Sequence record: LC739533.1
DNA from: Escherichia phage phiWec179
Strand: one strand, 5' to 3'
Length of the DNA stretch: 64,000 bases
Positions 26,215-34,249 of this stretch are shown piece by piece; positions within the stretch are counted from its first letter, which is position 1; each line of letters starts with the position of its first letter. The position numbers were made by a program, and so were the translations under genes. The notes under the pieces were generated by a model, which did not search any database, was not told the DNA's origin, and worked only from the letters and a program-made list of their open reading frames with translations.

Positions 26215-26454
26215 TTACATTCCAACCATAGCGGCGCGGATCGCGGTAGTGCTATACTTGAAACCGTCTGGAGTTTTATCTTGTCCAGTCTGTTCCAGAA
26301 AGAGCATCATATCACGCGCCGCATCGTTACGGTTAGAATTATAACTAATAAATTCTTTCGCGGTGCGGTATAATGATTCATCGTTATTAATCCAAAGGCT
26401 TACATTCCAATGAGTTTTGTTTTTGTGACCTAAGAACATTTTTGATTTAGCCAT
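26215..26454 (-). CDS. hypothetical protein
   Basis: 79 aa; cassette upstream. Confidence 0.45.
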   Translation of the reverse strand: MAKSKMFLGHKNKTHWNVSLWINNDESLYRTAKEFISYNSNRNDAARDMMLFLEQTGQDKTPDGFKYSTTAIRAAMVGM

Positions 26455-26475
26455 GATGTTAATCTCTTTTTCAGT

Positions 26476-26537
26476 GAGGCGGGAACTATTCCCGCGCCCT
26501 ATGTAATACAGTTTACTCTTTTTATTCGTGCTGTCAA
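26476..26537 (-). promoter_or_regulatory. promoter + 5'UTR stem-loop cassette (PeSL-like)
   Basis: TTGACA-N17-TAAACT GTATTACATAGG + hairpin CGGGAATAGTTCCCGCC. Confidence 0.55.
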
Positions 26538-26543
26538 TGCTTT

Positions 26544-26897
26544 TTATAAATCTTTTTTACGTTTTACATCGCTTGCATGACTGTATACAGCGATCCCATT
26601 ATCACGACAAAAACGGGTAAGGTATGATCCGCGTGAAAACTCTTTCCCTTCCAGGTCAACAACCTTGCTAAATTCTTCCAGGGCAACGGTATCAAAATGA
26701 TCACCATAACCATATTGAAACGGCACGTTAACAACTTCAATCAATTTACCGCCGATCTCAACGTCCACGCTTAAAGAAAAATATGTGTTACCGTAGGACT
26801 GTTGAAACCAGCGACGGGCGCTAATGTGAACGGCTTCAATCTCACCAATTTTAAATTGAGTGTTACCCAGGATCGCAACGTTGATATTTTTAGCCAT
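26544..26897 (-). CDS. hypothetical protein
   Basis: 117 aa; cassette upstream. Confidence 0.5.
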   Translation of the reverse strand: MAKNINVAILGNTQFKIGEIEAVHISARRWFQQSYGNTYFSLSVDVEIGGKLIEVVNVPFQYGYGDHFDTVALEEFSKVVDLEGKEFSRGSYLTRFCRDNGIAVYSHASDVKRKKDL

Positions 26898-26920
26898 GAT
26901 TTTTTCTCTCTTTTTGGTTA

Positions 26921-26974
26921 GTGGGAAGTGTTCCCGATAAAAGTTATTATGCTTATACTATCGTTTTTTGTCAA
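26921..26974 (-). promoter_or_regulatory. promoter + 5'UTR stem-loop cassette (divergent)
   Basis: TTGACA-N18-ATAATA + hairpin GGGAACACTTCCC. Confidence 0.45.
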
Positions 26975-26993
26975 TAGTATAAGACTAAAACTT

Positions 26994-27173
26994 TTAACGA
27001 TAATCATCGTAGGCTTTATTAACCTGGCGAATATAACATTCGAAAGCGAGATCAATAGAATCATATTCCCGCACATAATCCCCGTAAGAAACTACATACA
27101 CACCTTTTTGATCCTCAAACGTCATGATGATAGAATCCAGGCCGATGATTTCAGTTTTAGCGATGATAGTCAT
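26994..27173 (-). CDS. small protein (59 aa)
   Basis: ATG at 27173 after cassette (MTIIAKTEIIGLD...); below ORF-track cutoff. Confidence 0.35.
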   Translation of the reverse strand: MTIIAKTEIIGLDSIIMTFEDQKGVYVVSYGDYVREYDSIDLAFECYIRQVNKAYDDYR

Positions 27174-27194
27174 AATAATAACCTTTTTATTGTT

Positions 27195-27251
27195 GGCGGC
27201 ACCATTGCCGCCCTACGTGATAAACTATACCAGAATTTTAAACAGTGTCAA
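27195..27251 (-). promoter_or_regulatory. promoter + 5'UTR stem-loop cassette (PeSL-like)
   Basis: TTGACA-N17-TATAGT TTATCACGTAGG + hairpin GGCGGCAATGGTGCCGCC. Confidence 0.6.
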
Positions 27252-27261
27252 ACGTTTTTTC

Positions 27262-27507
27262 TTAGTTTGCGAAATATGGCGCGGCGGCTGATGCCGTTAA
27301 TCTCCAAGTGATTTGGCTATCGATCAAGTATTCTTCATTCTTGATCCGCACGGTATCAATCGAGAAGTTACTGAAAGGCTTGCTCTTGATTTTACGAACA
27401 ACCGTTACACGACGGTTATTTTTCATCTCTTTTAACTGAATCCAGGCGTAACCTTTTTCATTGACAAATATTTCATTGTGATTGGTGATAGATGATAAGT
27501 GTTTCAT
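27262..27507 (-). CDS. hypothetical protein
   Basis: 81 aa; cassette upstream. Confidence 0.45.
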   Translation of the reverse strand: MKHLSSITNHNEIFVNEKGYAWIQLKEMKNNRRVTVVRKIKSKPFSNFSIDTVRIKNEEYLIDSQITWRLTASAAAPYFAN

Positions 27508-27528
27508 GATTTTTCTCTCTTCTGTTTT

Positions 27529-27590
27529 GAGCGGTGGACCATTCCGCCGCCCTATGTGTTACATCTTACTACTTTTTTAAACATTGTCAA
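27529..27590 (-). promoter_or_regulatory. promoter + 5'UTR stem-loop cassette (PeSL-like)
   Basis: TTGACA-N17-TAAGAT GTAACACATAGG + hairpin GGCGGCGGAATGGTCCACCGC. Confidence 0.6.
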
Positions 27591-27598
27591 GGATATTT

Positions 27599-27880
27599 TT
27601 AACTATATGATCCACATCGTTCGCAGTAGTGATCATCGTCGTCATCTGCTACCTGGCTGATAAAATGATCTACCTTTGCTTTCAAATTATTATAATTGCT
27701 TTCTACTTCCTGTAGTCGTCGTTGGTAGTATTCCAGGGCTTGCACATAGGCCATTTGTTCGGTTTTAGCTTGCATAGCTAAATTCATGCCACGCGTTTCA
27801 TCGTATAACCAATAACCATCATTACATTCACTAATAGATAGTGTAGGGCTTAGTTTTTCGTGACGGATAACCTTGCTCAT
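27599..27880 (-). CDS. hypothetical protein
   Basis: 93 aa; C-terminal CERCGS. Confidence 0.45.
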   Translation of the reverse strand: MSKVIRHEKLSPTLSISECNDGYWLYDETRGMNLAMQAKTEQMAYVQALEYYQRRLQEVESNYNNLKAKVDHFISQVADDDDDHYCERCGSYS

Positions 27881-27890
27881 AGTGTGCCCC

Positions 27891-28001
27891 TTACTTCAAA
27901 ATGATTGTTGTGATAACTGCTACGGTGATCCAGAATGGAACAACTAAGATAATAGCGTTAATCGTTCCAACTGTCAAACTATTTTCTTTCTTGATCATCA
28001 T
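27891..28001 (-). CDS. small membrane peptide (36 aa)
   Basis: AAGGAAAAC + ATGATG; hydrophobic GTINAIILVVPFWITVAVITTIILK. Confidence 0.35.
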   Translation of the reverse strand: MMIKKENSLTVGTINAIILVVPFWITVAVITTIILK

Positions 28002-28008
28002 GTTTTCC

Positions 28009-28092
28009 TTACAGTGTCCAAAGAATGATTTCAAGTGCAGCACGGAAACCAGGAATAAAATTGATTGCAAAAAACAGGGAAGTAGTAAACAT
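28009..28092 (-). CDS. tiny hydrophobic peptide (27 aa, tentative)
   Basis: AAAGGA + ATG right after cassette; MFTTSLFFAINFIPGFRAALEIILWTL. Confidence 0.25.
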   Translation of the reverse strand: MFTTSLFFAINFIPGFRAALEIILWTL

Positions 28093-28110
28093 TTTTCTAT
28101 CCTTTCAGTT

Positions 28111-28170
28111 GTGAGCGGCACCATTGCCGCCTGATGAGTTAACTATAAGGGATCACGTTTTACCTGTCAA
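28111..28170 (-). promoter_or_regulatory. promoter + 5'UTR stem-loop cassette (PeSL-like)
   Basis: TTGACA-N17-TATAGT TAACTCATCAGG + hairpin CGGCAATGGTGCCG. Confidence 0.55.
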
Positions 28171-28724
28171 CCTAAATCATCAAAATAAAGATAATTTTTT
28201 TCGGCTTCTTTCTTCTCTTCCTGTGATGCCTCAAAGACTGGGAGAAAGTGATCAAAGGCGACGCACTCAACCGCTTGATCGTCTTCCTCTTCCTGGTCTT
28301 CCTCCTGGGCTATGGCTGCAATTTTGGCTAATTTCCTTTCAGCCTGGATCAGCTTACCATCTAAAACGCTTTTAGCGGTGCTGTACGCCGTCCAAGTGAT
28401 GCGCTTACTTTCCAGCGCGGCATCAAGCGCCGCTATCTTGCTGGGGTATTCATCCAGGACACGAAAAGCCGGATCTACCTTGTACAGCGGATTATCTTTC
28501 GCGCCGTCGCTATCATCTGCGGCGCTTGCAATGTCAGCGTTACCATTCGCCAGCCAACCAGGGCGATCGCTGCGTGTTTTGGTATTCCCATGACTACGCG
28601 CCGATCTGTTGCCTACTTGCTCGCCACTATAGCCAGGAGCATGATCGATCATGTCGTCCGGTATAATGCGCGGATCATTAACGTCATGTTTTACCCAGGA
28701 CTGGATCACATATTCGCGCCCCAT
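28167..28724 (-). CDS. hypothetical acidic protein
   Basis: 185 aa; higher GC than neighbours; EEDQEEEDDQ tract. Confidence 0.5.
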   Translation of the reverse strand: MGREYVIQSWVKHDVNDPRIIPDDMIDHAPGYSGEQVGNRSARSHGNTKTRSDRPGWLANGNADIASAADDSDGAKDNPLYKVDPAFRVLDEYPSKIAALDAALESKRITWTAYSTAKSVLDGKLIQAERKLAKIAAIAQEEDQEEEDDQAVECVAFDHFLPVFEASQEEKKEAEKNYLYFDDLG

Positions 28725-28984
28725 TATACACCCCTTTTAACAATCATTTCACACACAAGAAATAAGCTGGCGGAATCACGGCAAGGATAGAAAGATGTAC
28801 GATAATCTCTCACCCCTGCTTTTATGATCTCCGTGGTTTTACCTGATAGCACATTGTAAATAGTGTAACTTGTCGGACTGTTTTTATATACCTTGCCAGG
28901 GTAGATCATAACATAACGAGCAAGGTTATAAAATTCCTCGTTACGAAAGGCTATGATCTTCCCGCATACCTTAAGAAAGTGCAC
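28724..28984 (-). CDS. hypothetical protein
   Basis: 86 aa. Confidence 0.45.
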   Translation of the reverse strand: MHFLKVCGKIIAFRNEEFYNLARYVMIYPGKVYKNSPTSYTIYNVLSGKTTEIIKAGVRDYRTSFYPCRDSASLFLVCEMIVKRGV

Positions 28985-28994
28985 GTTAGCCCCC

Positions 28995-29267
28995 TTACAG
29001 CAAAAAGTTTACTTGTCTTGCTGTTAATGTAGTATCAACCATTTTCGGGCTTTTATAATTGACAAAACGCGCGGTTTTTTCAATAGCGAAGCCGAGATAA
29101 TCTTGTTTGTTGAAATTACATTCTTTCTTAAATGTTTCCCGTGCAATGGCGATCGCTGCGTCCAGGGATAAACGCCCGTCAATATTGATATTTGCGAAAG
29201 ATCCGCCACCGCTCATAGGTTTACCAGTGGTGCCCGTTACGATCATTGTTGCGCTATATGATGCCAT
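28995..29267 (-). CDS. hypothetical protein
   Basis: AGAGATTATCATC + ATG at 29267 (MASYSATMIV). Confidence 0.45.
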   Translation of the reverse strand: MASYSATMIVTGTTGKPMSGGGSFANINIDGRLSLDAAIAIARETFKKECNFNKQDYLGFAIEKTARFVNYKSPKMVDTTLTARQVNFLL

Positions 29268-29287
29268 GATGATAATCTCTCTTAGTT

Positions 29288-29351
29288 GTGAGCGGTGGAC
29301 CATTCCGCCGCTCTACGTGATACATCTTATCAGGTTGTTGCCTGTTGTCAA
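29288..29351 (-). promoter_or_regulatory. promoter + 5'UTR stem-loop cassette (PeSL-like)
   Basis: TTGACA-N17-TAAGAT GTATCACGTAGAG + hairpin CGGCGGAATGGTCCACCGC. Confidence 0.6.
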
Positions 29352-29357
29352 TACTTT

Positions 29358-29555
29358 TTATTCAAGCCCTACGATATGTAAGACACGGCGATTAGCAATA
29401 GCGTGCTGGTCTTCTGTTATAACGCCCATTTCTACCAGTGAATCAAGAAAGGAAAGCACCGTGATATATTCGTCATCGGGTACACTCATTTCATTAGTAC
29501 CGTTTACCACTACGTTGATTTGTCCTGCTTTCGCTACAATGTGCAATGTTGCCAT
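29358..29555 (-). CDS. hypothetical protein
   Basis: 65 aa; long GC-rich leader upstream. Confidence 0.45.
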   Translation of the reverse strand: MATLHIVAKAGQINVVVNGTNEMSVPDDEYITVLSFLDSLVEMGVITEDQHAIANRRVLHIVGLE

Positions 29556-29829
29556 GATCTTAACTCCAGGTGATGAATGATGTTTTTTGTTGGTTGACGG
29601 TGGATTATGGAGATCCTCACCTTTGCCCGTCCTGCATTGCGCCCTCCTGTTGTTTATTGTCGTTGTGCCTCGCCCCCCTCGACAAGATTAATACTACGCT
29701 ACCAGGTGCGGAACGTCAACGACTTTTTCAATCTTTTTTATTTTCTTTTTGCTTGCTATATATAAAGGAAAGGGCTATCATCTTTCTACCGCGCCAACCA
29801 GGGCGCACAACAGAAGAAAGGGCGACACC

Positions 29830-30096
29830 ATGACAACTACTACATTACACCTTATGCACTCGTTAGGCTGGCAAGGCGGCACGGTCCACCAGGTAGCAAG
29901 CGCAACGGGCTTAAAGGTTGAAACAGTTCTCAACCTGGGCGATCATAAAGTGGAAGAGATAGACCATTTTGATCCGTTCGCTGATGGTTATCTCTGGGCT
30001 TGCAGTGGCGGCGGGGAAAGCAAGATACCGCCAGCCGCGCGGGGCGATATGCATTTTTGGTTAGGTGTTCTCTCCTGGCAAGAAAACAAAAAATAA
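29830..30096 (+). CDS. hypothetical protein in GC-rich island (tentative)
   Basis: ATG at 29830 (MTTTTLHLMHSLGWQGG...); only plus-strand ORF between two minus-strand arrays; overlapping ORFs in other frames. Confidence 0.3.
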   Translation: MTTTTLHLMHSLGWQGGTVHQVASATGLKVETVLNLGDHKVEEIDHFDPFADGYLWACSGGGESKIPPAARGDMHFWLGVLSWQENKK

Positions 30097-30098
30097 TC

Positions 30099-30127
30099 TT
30101 GACAAGCCCAGGGATCGGGCTTATACT
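30099..30127 (+). promoter_or_regulatory. sigma70-like promoter before a GC-rich structured segment
   Basis: TTGACA-N17-TATACT, then about 110 nt GC-rich sequence with no convincing ORF. Confidence 0.4.
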
Positions 30128-30351
30128 GTTTTACATACAGAAGAGGAAGCGCCACCCCACGGCGTAAAGGCGGGGCTAACATACCAGGGGCACTGGTTGG
30201 AAGGTCGATCGCCGGGAGGCTGGGCGCTATATATTTGTAAAGAAATGTAAAGATAAAATAATCGCTTGCTTTCCTGGCTGGATCTGTTATTCTTATTACA
30301 TGGCGAGGGGACACGGGAGCGCGAGACAATCACCGGACCTGCCCGTCATTC

Positions 30352-30465
30352 TGCAAATGAGAAAAATTCTCATTTGCAAATAAGACTCATTCGCATTTAA
30401 TAATTGAATGAGAATCATTCTCATTCTCATTCGTATTTCGATTTTAAGTGAGAATAATTCTCATT
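30352..30465. promoter_or_regulatory. three operator-like palindromes sharing half-site AATGAGAA
   Basis: TGCAAATGAGAAaaaTTCTCATTTGCA (30352-30378, perfect 12-3-12); AATGAGAATcATTCTCATT (30407-30425); TGAGAATaATTCTCA (about 30449-30463). Confidence 0.5.
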
Positions 30466-30476
30466 TCGGTAATTTT

Positions 30477-30680
30477 CACGTAAACTTTAGAATTTGCTTT
30501 TCAACTTTCACTTTTGTAAAAGCAAAAAAACTTTAAATACCTGGTGCGCGCGACTTTTTAAAAAATTTTTCTCGGTTTTTTGCTTTGAAATCTGGCCCAC
30601 CAATTTGAGATAGTGTACGTAAACTTTAGAATTTGGTTTTGGATTCTCACTTTTGTAAACTCGTAAAAAGTTTAAATAAT
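30477..30680. repeat. imperfect ~64-bp direct repeat (two copies)
   Basis: ACGTAAACTTTAGAATTTG..CACTTTTGTAAA..TTTAAATA at 30477-30539 and 30616-30680. Confidence 0.5.
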
Positions 30681-30805
30681 TGTAGGGATTTTGAGATAGT
30701 TTGCTTGTAAGGTTTGAGATAATCCTTCCCGAAGATGTTACGCAGCCTACAGCCTACCTGAATGCTCGTCTAACGAGATTAACTCTAAAAGATGAGTGTT
30801 GGTGT

Positions 30806-30846
30806 AGCTAAAGAGAAAAGGCTCTCTACGGTGTTGTAGGAGCCTT
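30806..30846 (-). terminator. rho-independent-like terminator after NADAR gene
   Basis: minus strand hairpin AAGGCTC..GAGCCTT followed by TTCTCTTT, about 70 nt past stop of 30917..31444. Confidence 0.4.
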
Positions 30847-30916
30847 ATTTCTGTGGCACAAAGTTGACGTATTCTTTTTAAAAACGAATTTTTTCAAAAT
30901 ATCACGAATATCGCCT

Positions 30917-31444
30917 TTATGGTATTTTGGCTGGGAACAGGATTTTAATCAGATTGTTGTGGTATTGTCCTAAAAGATTCTGCCCTTTCCAGTTGGCAGG
31001 ATTAAGCACCCCTGGTTCGTACATACCCATTCCAATTCCGTAAACCTTATCATAAGGACTCGCCTCAACGAACGTTTTGAATTGGTACAGTCGCAAGTCA
31101 GAATAAAGATCAGGGTTCTGTGTATACTTCAAGCATAAGCCTCGCATTACGATACGCTCTCGGTACTCTTCCCACATGTCATTATTAAAACCAGACACCG
31201 CTCGACCCATGCGCTTGTAGTATGCCTGTCCCTTCTCGTCGTCACGCTTCATTGAGTGATCAAGGATAGCTGCTGCGATTACCTGATCCTTGAACAGCAA
31301 AGCCTTACGCCACATCATGTATTGCTCTACACAACAGAAAGTTTCATTGTACCCTGGTTCCGTCTCTGTGAATGGTGCAATGTACCAATTGCTAAACACA
31401 TCTTTATGTGAAAAGAAGAATACATATTCATTAGTTATTCGCAT
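30917..31444 (-). CDS. NADAR (YbiA-like) family protein
   Basis: FFFSHKDVFSNW...ETFCCVEQYMMWRKALLFKD...MWEEYRERIVMRGL..KYTQNPDL...FVEASPYDKVYGIGMG...NWKGQNLLGQ matches NADAR signature. Confidence 0.8.
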   Translation of the reverse strand: MRITNEYVFFFSHKDVFSNWYIAPFTETEPGYNETFCCVEQYMMWRKALLFKDQVIAAAILDHSMKRDDEKGQAYYKRMGRAVSGFNNDMWEEYRERIVMRGLCLKYTQNPDLYSDLRLYQFKTFVEASPYDKVYGIGMGMYEPGVLNPANWKGQNLLGQYHNNLIKILFPAKIP

Positions 31445-31619
31445 TTTTCATGCCTCTTAAGACTTCAGCTTGCCCGTCTTGAAAAGCTTTCATCAGAACT
31501 ATCTTAAGATTGACTTCCAAGCGTTCTTCATCCTCTTTATAACAATCCAACACTGCCTTAAGTTCATCATAGTGGTTCAGAATAGGTTTAAAGATTTCAT
31601 GATCTGCTAAACGTGCCAT
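31431..31619 (-). CDS. hypothetical protein
   Basis: AAAGGAGAAACT + ATG at 31619 (MARLADHEIF). Confidence 0.4.
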   Translation of the reverse strand: MARLADHEIFKPILNHYDELKAVLDCYKEDEERLEVNLKIVLMKAFQDGQAEVLRGMKNANN

Positions 31620-31632
31620 AGTTTCTCCTTTG

Positions 31633-31998
31633 TTAGTCCATCCACCAGTAGCCATAAACTGCGTCTGCGTCGATGAGTTTGTGTTTGTTGTTCCGCATGT
31701 AGTCTAAGATAAGTAGACGTTTATTGTATCTGGAGAGATTATGACCCTCTTTTCCGCCATAGTCAAAATATTTTGCAAGACTTTTACACTCAAACAAAAT
31801 CAGTTCGGGAGTTTCTTCACATTGGTCTGTCTGGTACACTTGACGGATGATCATGTATACGTCATCGTCTTCCGCTAAGTGCTCTACTGGTCCACACCCA
31901 GCAGGAATAAATTCATAGTCCCATCGAATCAGATGTTTCTCTACTGCTTCAAAGAAATCCATTTTTTCGCTACGCATGATCTGAACATCAATTAACAT
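31633..31998 (-). CDS. hypothetical protein
   Basis: 121 aa. Confidence 0.5.
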   Translation of the reverse strand: MLIDVQIMRSEKMDFFEAVEKHLIRWDYEFIPAGCGPVEHLAEDDDVYMIIRQVYQTDQCEETPELILFECKSLAKYFDYGGKEGHNLSRYNKRLLILDYMRNNKHKLIDADAVYGYWWMD

Positions 31999-33004
31999 AA
32001 TTTTCCTCCTGTCTCATTATTCCACCTGCTTGGTTGATAGCACTTAAGACAACAGCCAAATCCTCACGCAGGAAGGTTTCACTATGACCGTCTTTCATGT
32101 GCAACGCTTCCACACAGCCGATAGACGGTAGGATCTGATCAGTCTTAGATTTTAGCTTACTCTCTAACGCCCTGCAAGCCTGGTAGGACGGCAGATCAAA
32201 CAATGCTACACGTTGCATAAAGTAGTTATTATTTGCATTCTGAATCTTCAAACGTATATCACTATCCTTTGCAATCCCCAGCTTGAAAGCTCCCGTATCT
32301 TCTCCATACTCATCAAGGATAACGTTGATGTAAAATTCTTGCTGTGATCTGCCTTTACATTCAGAACAACCATTCCCACTTAGATACTTATTAGGTGTTA
32401 TCGTTTGTTCTCCGTGCTCACTACATAAATATTTAAACTTAGACATGGTTCCCACCTTACCAACGAACCCTATAAACTGGTCCCCTCGTTCCTGGCAAGC
32501 TTCAGTCATACGGAAAATCCATTGCGCAGGAGTGTAACGATGGTTTTTAGAACAACGGCAAGCAAGCAGCCCATCTCTAAGACTGCTCCTCGTTACTTCA
32601 AACCTACCGTTACACACGCCAGCCTTTACATATTCGTCATGAGAACATACGGAACACTTAACTATCCAATAAGCCGCCCATCCTTTACTATCTAATCTAT
32701 CACTACGATAATACTCACGCGGAACGTTATCAGGACACGCTTTGTTAAAGGTTGTGATATGGATTGAATCATCAATTAAACATGTTTGCCTTATTGCTTC
32801 CACCCTACAACCTTTACAACCACTTCCTATTTTAGCATTATCTATAGAAGTTGTTCTCCATTCCCCATGTATAGAACATTCACAGGTTAGTTTAGTGCGT
32901 GCCCCCTTCCATTCACCATGCCACCCCGTAATGGTCCACGGTTTATCCTGGTAAGCTTGTTCTATTTCTTCCTGATATTCCTCCCAACTTTTAGCCCTCA
33001 TCAT
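31988..33004 (-). CDS. zinc-ribbon repeat + T5orf172 (GIY-YIG-like) domain protein, homing-endonuclease-like
   Basis: repeated C..C...G.GC..C zinc-ribbon units; C-terminal FKLGIAKDSDIRLK...HMKDGHSETF; paralog of 36572..37525. Confidence 0.5.
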   Translation of the reverse strand: MMRAKSWEEYQEEIEQAYQDKPWTITGWHGEWKGARTKLTCECSIHGEWRTTSIDNAKIGSGCKGCRVEAIRQTCLIDDSIHITTFNKACPDNVPREYYRSDRLDSKGWAAYWIVKCSVCSHDEYVKAGVCNGRFEVTRSSLRDGLLACRCSKNHRYTPAQWIFRMTEACQERGDQFIGFVGKVGTMSKFKYLCSEHGEQTITPNKYLSGNGCSECKGRSQQEFYINVILDEYGEDTGAFKLGIAKDSDIRLKIQNANNNYFMQRVALFDLPSYQACRALESKLKSKTDQILPSIGCVEALHMKDGHSETFLREDLAVVLSAINQAGGIMRQEENYVN

Positions 33005-33041
33005 CCCCCCTACAACAAATGCCCCTTGCGGGGCATCTTTA

Positions 33042-34181
33042 TTAGAACACGCTACTTAAGGTTGCAGATCGTGTAGTGGTTGGTTCCAGAACCACACGGA
33101 ACGTATCCCCAGGTTTATCGCTCACTACTACAATCTTACCACCTTCGATCAGGTCACACTTCAAACCTTCGGCAGTAGCTTTCAGGTCGATGCGTGGATC
33201 GCCATCATCATCCAGGATAACGTAGCTGCTATCTTCGAGAGGCTCCAGTTCTTCGTCTTTCACGGCTTCCAGGTAGATGTTCAGTTCACATGCACCAGAC
33301 AAGAACTTGGTAGGAGTGAACTCATGCCAGTTGTTGACCCAGTTAGGCTTGATAGCTTTACCGTTGACAACAATAGAGCTAATCGTCCAGCGTGCATCGT
33401 TACCCAGAGAGATACCCATCATCTCCAGACAGGTCTTGAACGTCATTTTCGGATAGAAGTTTAACTCTTCTACGATCCCTTGAATAACATCGAAAGACAG
33501 TTCAGTGCTAACATCCCACAAACGTTGGAAGCTTTCAACATGTTTGCGATTCTTCAGATTCTTGTCCAGGTAGTCCAGCATAGTTTCAATAGACAGTTTG
33601 TCGTAGTTGAAGCTATAGAAGATACGGCTCGGACGGTTGACGAAGTATTCCGAGATGTATCCGCTGTTCTTTGTCAGCATGAACAGTTTGTTACCGCTAC
33701 CTGTGCCATCCAGCAGAGTCAGCAGTGCTTCCTGATCTTCCTTCTTGGAATACACTTTGTCGAACTCATCGAACAGTACTACTGCGCGTTCAGAGATCTT
33801 ACTCATGAACTCCAGGAAATTGGCATCAGAATATGGCTGCGTTACCAGAATAGTTGGGATTCCCAGGTCTTCCGCTTCCAACAGAGTGTTACTGATCAGT
33901 TTTGCCAGCATTGTCTTGCCACTGCCTTTTGTACCCGACAACAGGACACCTGTGTTCTTACCTTCTTTACTACGACGAGCGAAGGTACGGATAACGTGGG
34001 CTGCACGTTCTTTGGTTTCCCCGTACAGGCGATCAGGAATCGTGAACTTATCAGCGCGACTAAGAGAATAGTTACCATGTGGATCACAATTGACAGTCCA
34101 AACGCCAGCGGGGAGTTTATCAACCTCTACACCAAAATCTTTATTAACAATTGCAACATCCCCATAAACTGTGTATTTCAT
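33042..34181 (-). CDS. P-loop NTPase (AAA+-like ATPase)
   Basis: Walker A GTKGSGKT, Walker B VVLFDEFD; 379 aa. Confidence 0.6.
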   Translation of the reverse strand: MKYTVYGDVAIVNKDFGVEVDKLPAGVWTVNCDPHGNYSLSRADKFTIPDRLYGETKERAAHVIRTFARRSKEGKNTGVLLSGTKGSGKTMLAKLISNTLLEAEDLGIPTILVTQPYSDANFLEFMSKISERAVVLFDEFDKVYSKKEDQEALLTLLDGTGSGNKLFMLTKNSGYISEYFVNRPSRIFYSFNYDKLSIETMLDYLDKNLKNRKHVESFQRLWDVSTELSFDVIQGIVEELNFYPKMTFKTCLEMMGISLGNDARWTISSIVVNGKAIKPNWVNNWHEFTPTKFLSGACELNIYLEAVKDEELEPLEDSSYVILDDDGDPRIDLKATAEGLKCDLIEGGKIVVVSDKPGDTFRVVLEPTTTRSATLSSVF

Positions 34182-34249
34182 TTACTTTCTCCTCTTCTGT
34201 TGGAATAGACGTATTATCTCTTGTCTAATACGTCTTGTCAATACTTGTT

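Noticed and set aside
17057-29555. Possible CRISPR array, given the many near-identical repeats with GC hairpins
   Set aside because: Repeats are about 60-90 bp promoter/UTR modules at irregular spacing of 200-600 bp, each followed by an SD and a protein-coding gene; no short regular repeat-spacer periodicity.
29988-30333. Overlapping minus-strand ORFs (113 and 70 aa) and plus-strand 30065..30250 in the GC-rich island
   Set aside because: Mutually overlapping in several frames within GC-rich sequence, which is typical of non-coding structured DNA; only the 29830..30096 ORF has a plausible start context and even that is tentative.
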